DNA of 64,000 bases. Origin: Candidatus Marinacidobacterales bacterium (lineage in GTDB: Bacteria > Acidobacteriota > Vicinamibacteria > Marinacidobacterales > DATDRI01). Under the pieces are notes generated by a model. The model made no database searches and was not told the DNA's origin. It saw only the letters and a list, made by a program, of their open reading frames with translations. Shown in pieces: positions 50,501-62,500 of the stretch. Made by a program: the position numbers and the translations under genes. Position 1 is the first letter of the stretch. Every line of letters begins with the position of its first letter. The stretch covers positions 3,072,001 through 3,136,000 of the forward strand of contig OZ245365.1 of the NCBI GenBank assembly GCA_965226495.1. Reading direction: 5' to 3'.

Positions 50501-53500
50501 TCGCCGTCGAGCTCACCGTCATTCGCCCGGGAGCGCCAGAAGTAGGTCTGATCCTCGTCGAGCGGCTGAGGAACTTGAACAAAGGTTGTACCCGTGCCGG
50601 ACCCGCCAGAAGTTACAGAGTCGATCGAAGTGACGAGCTCGGTCAGATCGACGTCGGTATAGATCTCGAACGTATAGGTCAGGATATCGTCTTCGGGGTC
50701 GACCGCGTTCGTTATCTCGAGGTTCGGTTGAAGCTCACTGACTTCGGATCCTTCGGCCGGAGCGGATAGACCCGGGGCGCCCGGTGCCTCGTTCAGCGAG
50801 TCGATGAAGAAGCTGGCCGGACTCATGAAGTCGCTCATGGTGAAACGATCCTCGGCTCGGGCCCTCCAGTGATACGTCTGGTTCTCCGCCAGCGTGATCG
50901 GAACCGGCCACATCGTGGTGTTGGTTCCTTCGGGAATGCCGGAGGCGGCGGCGACGCGAACCTGGAGCGCCGGATCGAGGTAGATCTCGAAGGTATAGGT
51001 CAGCGCTTCTCCGTTGGGGTTCGAGGCGTTGTTGACCGAAAGCTCGAGCGGCTGGGGCGCACTCTCCCCTTCTCCCGGGGCATTGAGCGAAGGCGGCGAG
51101 GGAATGGCGAAGAGAGTCAATGAGTCGCTAGCGAGCGGCTCGAGAGAGCCGGGGAGACCTGCGGACAGTAGCACTTCGTGGGCGCCCAGCGGCAGCCCGA
51201 CGGTGGAAAGCGCGATCTCACCAGAAAGCTCATCCCCCGCCGCGATGTCCGCCGTCAGCTCGTCAGCCAGGGTCCGATCACCGGTGGCCGGATCGAGGAG
51301 CTCGAAGCGAATGACTCCGCCCAAGAGATCGACAGGACTCGAATTGTCGACCGCCCACCGGGCCAGAGATTCTGCACCCAGGGGCACCGCGGACTCGTCG
51401 AGCTCCAGGCTTCCGGTCAGGAGCGCGCCGTCGACAGCGACGATCTCCACCGTGGAGGTCGCCGCGCCGAGAAGCTCAGCCCCTTCGAAGACATCGAGCC
51501 CGATGGTGTAGACCCCCGGAGCCAACGTGGAGTCGGTCCACATGGTCGAGAGCGAGACCGGGACCTCCCGTGCCAGTTGCGGTAGTGTCTGCGATTCTTC
51601 GAACAGCACGGCGGAAGCGCCATCGAGCACCCGGAAACGGGCGGTCACGTTCTCGAACGCCACGTTGCTCACGGTGTTGGTCACCGTCCCCAGGAGATCG
51701 ACCGCCTCGCCCTCTCGATATGAGGGTCGACCTGTGGTCACACCGGTCTCGAGGAAGAAAGAACGGATGAGGGAGAAGTCCGTGGCGACAGTGGCGAGCA
51801 GCCGATCACCCTCCAAAGCGTTAACCCGGGCTCGATAGTCGCCGGCAAGTGTGGTTCCGGTATTCCAAAAGACGGAGTAGGACTCGGTGTCCGCGTACGA
51901 CAAGAACGTCGAACGCACATCGACGCCTGCCACCGGCTGACCGCCGGCGTCTTCGATGAGGGTCTCGAGCATCACATTCTGATCGGGACCGCCGTTGATG
52001 GCCTGGACCGTGACCTGGACGTCTTGACCCACGCCGTATGATGGGAGTCCGGTGGCGATCGTGAGCTCAACGCCGGCCGTTCCCACGACCGTGACCTCCG
52101 TGGCGACGGCGTTGTTCTGCTCATCGAGCTCTTCGATGGCTTGAAGCGGGTCGACCGCGATGGTGACCTCTTGAGAACCGAGTCGATCCGTCGTGTCCCA
52201 ACCGATATGGACCGCGACCGACTCGCCGGGCTCGATGGCAGGTGTAGTCGCATTGCCGATGAGGTAGACGTTTTCCGCTAGGTCGCGGCCGGTGGCCTGG
52301 ACGAGCGCCGATTCGACCTCGGTCGCGCCGTCATTCCTCACGTTCACCGAAAGGCTGGCGCTCTGACCGGTCGTTGGCACACCAGGCACAACCAGAATGT
52401 CGCCTTCAGGTGTCAGATCGGGCAGGCGGCTCCGATCGAACGTGACCAGGGCCGGCGCTGATTCGTCACTGAGATTCCCGAACGCATCACGAGCCGTGCC
52501 CGTGAACGCGTTCTCGCCGACGTTCAGCGAGACACCTAGCAGCTCGAACCGTCCCGGCGGTGTGTGGATGAACAAGACGTCGGGCGTTGCCGACCAACTC
52601 ACGACGAGCCGCAGATCGTTCGTCCAACGGCTTGTGGATAGGAAACCCCGGGACTCAACGAGACCGACGTCGTGAATGGCTCCATCGACGTCTCGCAGGA
52701 AGAGGGAGTAGTCGTCCCCTTCCGACGTCAGAAACGAAACCCGACCCTCAGGGGAGAGTGCCAACGCCGGGCGAGGCGTGCGTCCCAGATCAAAGAACGG
52801 CGCCCCCGTCTCCGATGTCGTATTGAATAGAAAGAGAGACTCATCATCGAAATAGACAACGTTGTTATCTGAAGTCCACGCATAGTCGATGACGAAATCC
52901 AAAGCTGTCGAGATCGTCACGGCATCACCGCCGGTAACAGGGACGTATCGTAACGTCCTAACCGACTCGGCAAACGCGAGCAGGGACGCGTCCGGAGAGA
53001 GCCGAAACACCGAAGGCAAAACAAACTGGGCCGGAGAGGTATAGAGGGTCGAGAGTGTGCCGGTCGTTCTGTCGACGACGCGAATTTCATTCCCGACCCG
53101 GACGGCGATCTCAGTACCCGAGATCCATATGGGACCAAAAGCATCACCGCCAGCGTCGACGACCTCGACCGCGCCCGTGGCGAGATCGATGACGCGTAGC
53201 TCGGTCTGAGAGCTCTCGGTGTTGAATTGTGTGAGGGCCAGCGACTCTCCATCGGGCGAGAAAGCCGGGGCAGACAAGCCGTTACCACCGGGCAGAGTCT
53301 GAACTTCACCCGAGCCTAGGTGGTGAAGCTCCAGCTTGTCGAACAGATCGATGGCCAGGAAAGGCTCGGTGGGAGAGAGCGTGAAGCCGTTGATGGCATC
53401 CATAGCGATAGTGCGTTGCTCGGTCGTTTCGAGCTCAGCGACAACGGAGCCCACGTCTTCTCCATCGTGCTTCACGGTCACCAGAGAGCCCGGCTCCGCC

Positions 53501-56500
53501 GCGCCGACGATATCTGCGAGCCCCGAGAACACGGTGGCGGGTCTCTCCGGTGTTGCCGGGTGTAGAAGGAGAGGCGGCGCAGGTGGCGCGACATCTTGCG
53601 GGATTCCGCTGGCCTCGTCGGGGTCCAAGGACTCGTTCCCAAAGTCATTGAAGGACCGCACCACGTAGAAGTACTCGGTGCCGTTTTGCAGACCTTCATC
53701 ATGGAACGCGGTCTCCGGCACGCGAGCGATCTCTTGGTAGGGGCCGCCCGATGTCAGCGCTCGGAGAACCACGTACCCGGCGACTGGACCGGTGGAGGCG
53801 TCCCAGGTGAGATCGAGCGCCTCGCCCTCGGGAACCGGTATGACCATCAGATTCTGAGGTACCGATGGAGGAGCCGTGCCCGCGACGACGAGCTCGATCG
53901 GCCCCGAGGGTATGCTCGCCCCACCGAAGATGTCGAGCGCGGAAACCGTGTAGTTATAGGTTCCTGGCCGCGGCAGCGTGTCGGTGAATGCGGTGTCGGA
54001 TATCGGCTCCAGTCCGGTCAGCTCGACTTCACCAATTACCGCGCGTCCAGCCTCGGACTGCAGCGCGGTGATCTCAATCCGAATCCGAGGAGTCTTGAAG
54101 GCTAAGGGGAAGCTATGCGTGCTCTCAAGTTGGGTGTTCGCCCTTGCGTCTGCCACGACAAGCATTTGCCCCGATATCTCGGCCAAGATCCGGTAGTCCC
54201 GGGGGCTTTGGGTCCAGTTAACCGCTATTTTGTTGAGATGGCGCTCAGGCACGAGTCCAATCTCCACCGCCGCTGAGACGAACGGGTTTTGGAAGGAGGA
54301 GAGCCAAAGGCTGAAGGGACTCCCGTCGATGATACGTCCGGCAATCGAAGCGTTCGAGTCCGCGGTGGCGGTGAGCGTGGTCGGTATGTCGCCATCCGGC
54401 CGAATCGACCCCGTAGGTGTTACCGGTTCTCCGTCGCGGTCGATGAGGTAACCCGAGATGTCCGTCTCGATGTTCGGAGTCCAGTTCAACGTCGCCGTCG
54501 TCTCCTGGGCTTCGCCACTCAGGGCGGCCGGCGGATCGGGCGGCCGGTGGTGAATGAGCTGGAAAGACTCGGAGGCGCGGCTCTCATTGCCTTCTGGATC
54601 CGTCGCCCGCACCTCGACTAGGTTCTCGCCCAACGGGAGCGACAAGCCGCCGAACGAGAATGCGCCCTCCCCGTCGGCCGTCGTTTCTGCAATCACGTCG
54701 GGAGAGCCCACCGAGTTGAGCCGTACCAGGGAGTCTGGTTCGGCGTTCTCGCCCGCCACGTCCACCGTGTCTATGAATATCGGGAAGGGTAAAATCGGTA
54801 ATGGCGCATAGACACGTGCCGTTTCCGAATCGCTCCGGTCGCTCTCGTTGCCGTCCGCATCCAGGGCCGTGACTTCGTAACCGTACAGCCCGTCACCGAG
54901 ATCGAGATCGTCCGCCGTCGTCAGAGACGCGTCGATCGCCGCGACGAGCGTGTCATCGCGATAGAGCTGATAAGCCTCTAGATTCGGATCAGACACGGGA
55001 TCCCAGGTGAGGGCCACATCATCCCCCGTCACGCGCGTAACCAAGTTCTCCGGCGCCGCAGGGGGCGTGGCGTCGCCCAGCGTCACACGAATCGTCGCCG
55101 GCGCGTCATCGCTCCTGGACCCGAAGTCCGTCGCCACGGCTCTCAGGAAATAACTGCCGAAATCTAGGCTCGTAATGTCCCAAAGAACTTCAAACGGTGC
55201 TTCGCTGTCCGTCTCGATGTTCATCCATTGATCCGTGGGTGGATCGTCATTGATCTGTAGTTGGTACTGGAAGAGAACGGTCGCCACGTCCTCATCTTCG
55301 GTAATTGCGCGGACTTGTCGCGGCTGGTCGAACCGGGCACCATCCTGCGGATCGAAGATCAGGGCGGAGGGTGGGCGATTATCGAGGACGATGCAGACCT
55401 CGTTGGAATCCGGACCCAGGTTGCCGGCTTCATCCATCGCCGCCACCCGATAGCAGAACTCGCCGTCTGGCATGTCGGGGTCCACGTAGCTCGTACCATC
55501 GATCAGAAACGCACCGAGATCGCCCGCCACCGAACCGGGAGCGTTTGCAATGGAGCCGTTTCTGAAAACCAAGTAGCCGGCCACGGGCTCAGCGAGCGCC
55601 TCCCAGACGACTTCGACGTCGTCCGGCGGCGCGAGGGCCTCGACACTCAACAGAGTCGGGGTTCCGGGGGTTTGGTTATCGATCGTGACGAGTACCTCAT
55701 CAGAAGCTAGATTCCCGACTTCGTCCTCCGCCTCGAGTCTCACAGTGAAGCTTCCATCGAGGAGAATCGTGTTCCACTGAAGCAGTGTCGCGAAGTTCAC
55801 AGGAACGGACGAGCTGGCCAGAAGCGTCGCGTCCAGAGGCGTCTCGGCCGGGGTCACCGTCAGCCGGTACTCCTCGAAGTCATCCGCCGAAAACGCTGTG
55901 CCCACGATGTCCACCAGCCCCCGAACACTAGACTCGTTTTCAGGTTGCTGGAGAACTACATGAGGCGGCGTGATATCGATGACCGCTTCGGCAGGATTCG
56001 ATGGATCGCTCTGGAGGCCTGCCCGATCGACGGCCCGTACCGTATAGACGAAAAAACCGTCGGGCAGATCGAGATCGCGGAGCTCGGTGGCCGAGATGGG
56101 CTCCGCGGTCAGGAGCTCCTCCTTACGGAAAACCAAGTAACCCTCGATATCGGGGTCCGGAGGGGCCTGCCAGTCAAGGCGAACGTCGTCTTGGTTCTCG
56201 ACCGTGGCAGTGAGATTGATGGGCGCGGCGGGCGGATCCGTGTCGACCTCGATCGTACGAAGTAGGGTGCTCTTGTTTCCAGCAATATCGGAAGCCAGCA
56301 ACCTGAGTGTATAGGTGCCGTCTTGAAGCGTGAACCCCTCGTGAAGCTGCGCACTCTCGACCGGTATTGTGGCGCGCGATAGCTCCGTGAACTGAAATGC
56401 TTGGGCCTCGCCCCCGGGTGCCACAGCAAGGGTCCAGATCTCCAAGTGGTCGTCGGTCGCCGTCCCGAGAACTGGCTGAATCTCGGAGACAAAGGTGCCC

Positions 56501-59500
56501 TCGGCCGGAACATCGATCGCGAGGACAGGAGGTGTCCCATCGAGCGTGACGACTCTGGACGTCTCGGATCGATTGCCCGCGAGGTCGATGGCCGAGAGCC
56601 GGAGGGTATAGAGACCATCGGGGAACTCGGACACTTCCCAGTCCGTCAAAAAGTCACGTTGTTCCAGCTCCGAGCCTCCAGCCAGTGGCACGAACACTTC
56701 AGGAGGCGCGCCCAAGCCGAACTCGAGTAAGAAGGTGTCCAGGTTCGTTTCGGCCACCGTGCTAGACACTGAGATTGAGTCTTCCTTTTTGAGGAACGCC
56801 CCCGCCTCCGGTGCATTGATGGACACCTGAGGCGACGTGCTATCCACGGTGAAGGTGAAAGAGACCTCCGTCGTGTTCCCGGCTCGATCGGAGGCCTTTA
56901 TCCTCAGACGGTGGAGGCCGTCGCTCGCCTCGTCGAATCGCGCCAGAACGATCGCAGGTGGCAATACGGCGTCCTCGATCACGGCCAGCTCGCCGGGTTC
57001 CGGGCCGAGCTCGACTCGATAGCCTTCGAAATGTTCCTCCAGGATCGTCCCGGTGAGGTTGTGGGGAACCGAGACAAAAGCGCCGGGGCTCGAACTGGTC
57101 AAGGTCACCACCGGATCGGTGACATCGACGACCACCGGAAGGGTGGCTTCTTCCGTCAACGTAGGGAACTGGGCATCCACGGCGATTAGAACCGCCACGT
57201 AGTCGCCATCCTCGGCGAGGCCGCCCGGTGTCTGACCGTCCCACTCAAAGACGTGATCGCCCGTCGGCCGCAACTCATCAACTATGAGCGTCGTCAGTAC
57301 GGTGCTATCGGTCTTGCGGATTTCGAGGGTGACGCGGGAGTCGGCTTTCAACGTGAAGCGGAACTCTGCGGTGTCTTTGACACCATCTGCGTCCGGCGAG
57401 AACAGCACCGGTGCGACGCTGAAACGCTCGATCAGGTCAGGCGTTTGCACATCTACGGTGACTTCGGTCGAAGCGACATTCCCGGCGCGATCCGCCGCCG
57501 TGAGGCGCACGGTGTGCTCGCCCACCAGCACCCCGGCCTCCCATAGACCGAGAGCGTCATCCTCGACCGGCTTCTCCGAAGGTTCCCCGATCGGAAAGAA
57601 CTCGGCCGGGGACGCGCCCTCTCCAAACTCGAGCACATACTGCACGAACCGCTCGTCAGCAGCCGTGCCGCGGATTTCCACCAGAGTGGTGACCGGTTGT
57701 CCGTCGGCGGGAGAGTCGATCCGGACGGTGGGCGGTGACGTGTCGACGTCGACATCCAACGTTCGCGTCGTCAGCGCACCACAGCCGCTTAGAGCGTCAA
57801 CGATGACGGTGTAACGACCGTCGGCCACCACCTCGGTCGCGTCATCCGTGCCGTCCCAAAGGAGCTCGAGAGTGCCGGGCGCCACATTGGCATCGGTCAG
57901 CAGCTGGCGGACTAACACCTGCGTTTCAGACGTCACGACGCGGGCATCGACTGCCACAGGCTCAAAGACCTCGGTCTGAATCCGCAGCTCATCGAGAACG
58001 GCGTCCGCGTTCGGCGAAAAAGCGGGTGGTAAGACCGATGACGGCGATGCCGGATCGGAAGCGAGCGGCCCTAAGGACTCGGTTCGCGATACCAGCACTC
58101 GACGAACCGCACATCCAAGGATCGAGCCGTTGTTGAGTCGGCTGGGCGAGTTGCGGACTGGTTTTTCGGCGACCTCCTCCTGCAGACGGGGGCTCTCTAC
58201 AACGAGCCGTAGCGTCAGCTCGCCCTCGAAGGCTATCGGGATCGGGACCAGCACCGTTTGCCGAGCCTCAGATACGGGAGCGCTGAACTCTACACGCTCG
58301 ACTCGCTGCCAATTGTCGGGATCGGCGCTGACGAGCCTCTCGACACTCAAGAACTCTACCTCTCGGTCCCGGCCCACCACTTCGATCTCGATGAACTCCT
58401 CGTCATCGATGACGCGGACGCAGGCATTCCCGCCTTCGGGAGGCGATTCGAAGATCGCCTCCGGCCGCGAGTTGTCCAGATAGAATTCCAGGGAGCTTCC
58501 CCGAAACGTGTCATTCACCACCGGTTCGACTGTGTATGAACCTTCGGCGAGGCCCGTGAGGTTCCAAGAAACCCCTATACTAAAAGCACCCTGAAGCCCT
58601 GGCAGAGATTGCCTGGCAACCTCTTGGCTCGGGAGCGTGTCACTTTGCGCCACGAGTGAGACGTTGGTGGCGGTGGACGGAAAGCTGAGAGCTCGAACGT
58701 CGATAAGCGCGTCGACGGGCAGGGCGCTATCGCACGAGACCTGTTGCTGAATCAAGCTGTCCAGCGCCCTGATGTCAACGCACGCCTCCAGCTTGTCGGA
58801 CGCCAGGGCGGCGTCGGGATAAGCTGTCGTCGTCGTTGACAGGTATTCTTTTCCACTCGCCCCGGTCGCGACGACAGAAGCGGAAGCGGTACCTCCGCAG
58901 GCCAGGTCGACCGGGACCAACTCCGTAACGTCGCCTGGGAAGGGTTCGTAGACCTTGAAAGGTCCTCCGATTCCGTTGACTCGCACGATGAGGGTGGCCT
59001 TCACCAGCTCCTCTTCGACGGTGGAGAAAGCCGAGACCACGAGGGTCGTCGGGTCTTGAAGGGTAGCGAAGACAAAGATGGCATCCGGTCCAACAACGAA
59101 GGAAACGTCTTCGGATTGGATGCCATCGGCCACGAAGTGACCCTCGTAGGGTTGTCCCAGCTCGAGCTCGTTCGCATCCAATGAAAAGTCGCCAGCCTCC
59201 GTCGCCCGCTCGGTGAAAGAGGGGTCACCTACTCTCCTGAAGCGGAAGAGGATGGAGCCCGCATCGAACGAAGCTTCCGCCCTCCAGAACACGTGATCGC
59301 CCGGAGGGATCACGAGCTGCCTAGGGGTATCGGGGGGCCCGGGCTTGAGCGGACCCACGACCTCGGCCTCCTGCTGAATAACCCTCACTTCGCGATCGGG
59401 ACCGGAGAGCGGTACGAACGTGACATTCCCTGCGAAGTCCGAGGCTTCGAGCTCCAGACCCTGTTGCGGCGCGAGCGCCTCGATAATGATGACGTCTCTT

Positions 59501-62500
59501 CCTTCCTCACGACCGACTTCCCGGAGGCTCGCTGCCATGACGTTACCCCCGACGTCCTGGAGCGACCATTCGTGGAGGTTCGGATCGAGAATGTGGCCTA
59601 CCAAGTCGACTGCCAGACCTTCTTTGCCCGTATAGAGGTTCGTGTACACGGCCTCCACATCCGGTGGAGTCGCGTCAATCACCACCCGGAACTCGGCCCC
59701 GCGGAGCTCGACCGTGTACATGCCATCCGGAAGGCGCGCTCCAGAGTCATCGGTTCCGTCAAAGGCGAAGGAGGCCGGGCCGATGCTCGCCTCGTCTCGC
59801 AAGATTGTGCGGACCAACACGCCCTGTTCGTTTCTCACCAAGAACTCGAGATTCACCGGCTCTAGCACCGTATAGTTGAAGACGGTTTCGTCCTGAATGC
59901 CGTCCCCGTTGGGCGAGATGTACTCCGGCGACCGGGTGAGGTCTGCGATCGGAAGCGTCTCCTCCCAGAAGATGCGCTCCAATCGTACCGTCTCGTTACC
60001 GGCGAGATCGCGCACGGTGAGCCGCACCAAGTAGTCGCCGGGCGCCGGGGGCAGCCAGGTCGTCAGGACGTCATCGGCTACTGGGAAAATCGACGGGGGT
60101 TGGATCGGAGTGAATGCGTCGGGAGCCGACAACGGCGCAAACTCGAGGGTGTAGTTGGCGAGATTCAGATCGGCTGCGCTACCCCTGACCCGTACTCCGA
60201 AACCCGACGGAAGCCGAGCTAAACGGAGACTGGCCGCACCGTTCAAGAGCGAGGAGATCGACCAGATGTCGCGCTCGTTGCACTCCGCCGGCGAGGTGCC
60301 TTCAAACGCCTCGAATGTGATCTGCGTGCTTCGAGGCGACCATCTCAGGTTAGAACCGGAGGCCAAGATCGGCCGAGCCTCTCTCCCGTCCAGCCGCCTC
60401 ACGAAGGACCGGCCATCAAAGGTCCAGTTGTATTCAGAGTCCCTCCGATCGCCGATGTCGGGGTTTCTCCGCAGCTCGCCCGTCACTAGATTGAACTCGA
60501 AGAAGACATCTCCGGTCCCGGCTTCGTCTGCATCCCAATCGACATAAATCCTTTGGGAATCACCCGAAAAGGAAAGAAAGTCGAGTTCGACATCAACACC
60601 GAAAGTGCCTGTTAGAAGCACGCGGTCGGTCTCGGGAAGCTCGCGATTGTTCGAGCCGTCCGCGTCCATAATGCGTACAAAGGTCTCGCCCTCGATGTTG
60701 TAGACAATGCGCCGGCCGTCGGGTGACCACTCGGCGAAAAAGACGGCTTCTTCGTCCGTCAACTGGACAACGAACTCTCCCTCAGGCGTGTAGAGAGACA
60801 GACCGTCGAAGCCTGCCCGGAGGATGCGTTGCCCGTCGGGAGACCACCTCGCATTGGCGGATCCCGTGCCGAGGGGAGTCAGCTCTCCGGTGGAGAGATC
60901 CACGACTTGAGCGGTTGATCCAACCGAGATCAGGGCTCGCCGTCCGGCGGGGGACACGGGTTGAACGAACCCGTCGGCTCGCCGCCCTTCGAACGACGCG
61001 AATCGAAACTCCGATCCAGTCTTCACCGCTTCAATCTCGGTACCGTCGGCGCTCACCCGATAGAGCCCCAGCGGAAATTCCGGAACCTGAGAATCTTCGG
61101 CGGCGACTATGAAATAAGCGGCGCTGTCGTCGGGAAGCCAGGCGGGTTCCGATAGCCTGTTCGAACCAGGCAATGGACAGGTCAGGTTCACAAAGGAAGC
61201 AAACGGTGTGCCGAGAGCCTCGACGATGCTGGAACGGTTGGTGTCGAGGACGACTCGTCGGCGGAGGATCTCGCCGCCCGCCGAGGACAAAACAAAGAAG
61301 TAGATCCCGTCTCTGGCGATGCGTCCCTCTGCATCCCGGCCGTCCCAGATGACGCTGTCACTCGCCGAGGCGTCGTCGCCCAAGCCTTGAACTACCGCAG
61401 ACTGGCTGTCCACCACCTCGACCGAGAACGGGCCTTGCCCCCCGACATCAACGACATCAATGACATCAAAGAAGAAGGCTGCTTCGTCCTGCACGCCGTC
61501 GCCATTGGGCGAGAAGTAGATGGGTGTGACAAAAACATCCGCGTCCTGGAGAGCTAGAGGAAAACGGATCACATTGTTGCCTTCACTCTGCTCCCGAACC
61601 AGGTCGGCCACGTCGAGCACCAGAAGAAGCTCATGCTCGCCCTCCACACCGGCCGTATCCCAATCGACAGAGAAGCTGAAGCTCTCGCCGGGGGCAAGCC
61701 CGGACACCGACTGAGACCCGAGAACCGGCCCCGCTTGCGCGTCGTCGAGCCGGATCTCCACCGTGAAGGCGTCTGCATCCTGCTCGCCGACATTGGTAAG
61801 CGATGCTTCGACCGCGATCACCTCTCCCGACCGTGCGAATGGAGGATCGAGTCGGATCTGGGCGCTGCTCGAGAAGAGATCGGGAAGCCCGATGACCTTG
61901 ATCGACTTGAAGGCGGCGTTGTCCCCCTCATCGAACTCACCGATGACCCCACCGACATCCGCCACGGCAAAGAGAAGCTGCTGGCCTCGAATCGTGACAT
62001 CGTCCCAATCGAAATCGACCGCGACTTCTTCGTCGGCGGCCAGAATGGGCACTTCCACCTGACCGATGGGAAGCCCGCCGTCTTCCGGATCTCCGGCGAA
62101 GAAACCAAACGTGAACGCGGAGGCATTCACCGTCCCCACGTTTCGGATGGTAGCCGTGAGGCTTGCTGGCTGCCCTTCCAGTAAGGGGTCTGGGGCGATC
62201 GCGATGTCGGTACTTTGGACGGTCAGGTTCGGCTGGTCGGATGTGACGACGTCGACCGTGGCCAGGGCTTCGTTGTTCGTCTCGTCGAGCTCAGCAAGGA
62301 CGTCAAAGGGATCGGCGCGTACGAGAAGCGGGATCGTTCCCACTCGATTGGCGGCCCAGGAAAGCTGGGCTCGCCTCGTTTCTCCGGCCGCGAGGGAGAG
62401 ACTGACGTTCGACGCCAGAACCAGATCCTCTGGGTTCTCATCCTCGAAGAAGAGGGCCACGGTCACGGCGGCCAGCGATCGGGTCCCGCGATTGGCCGCA

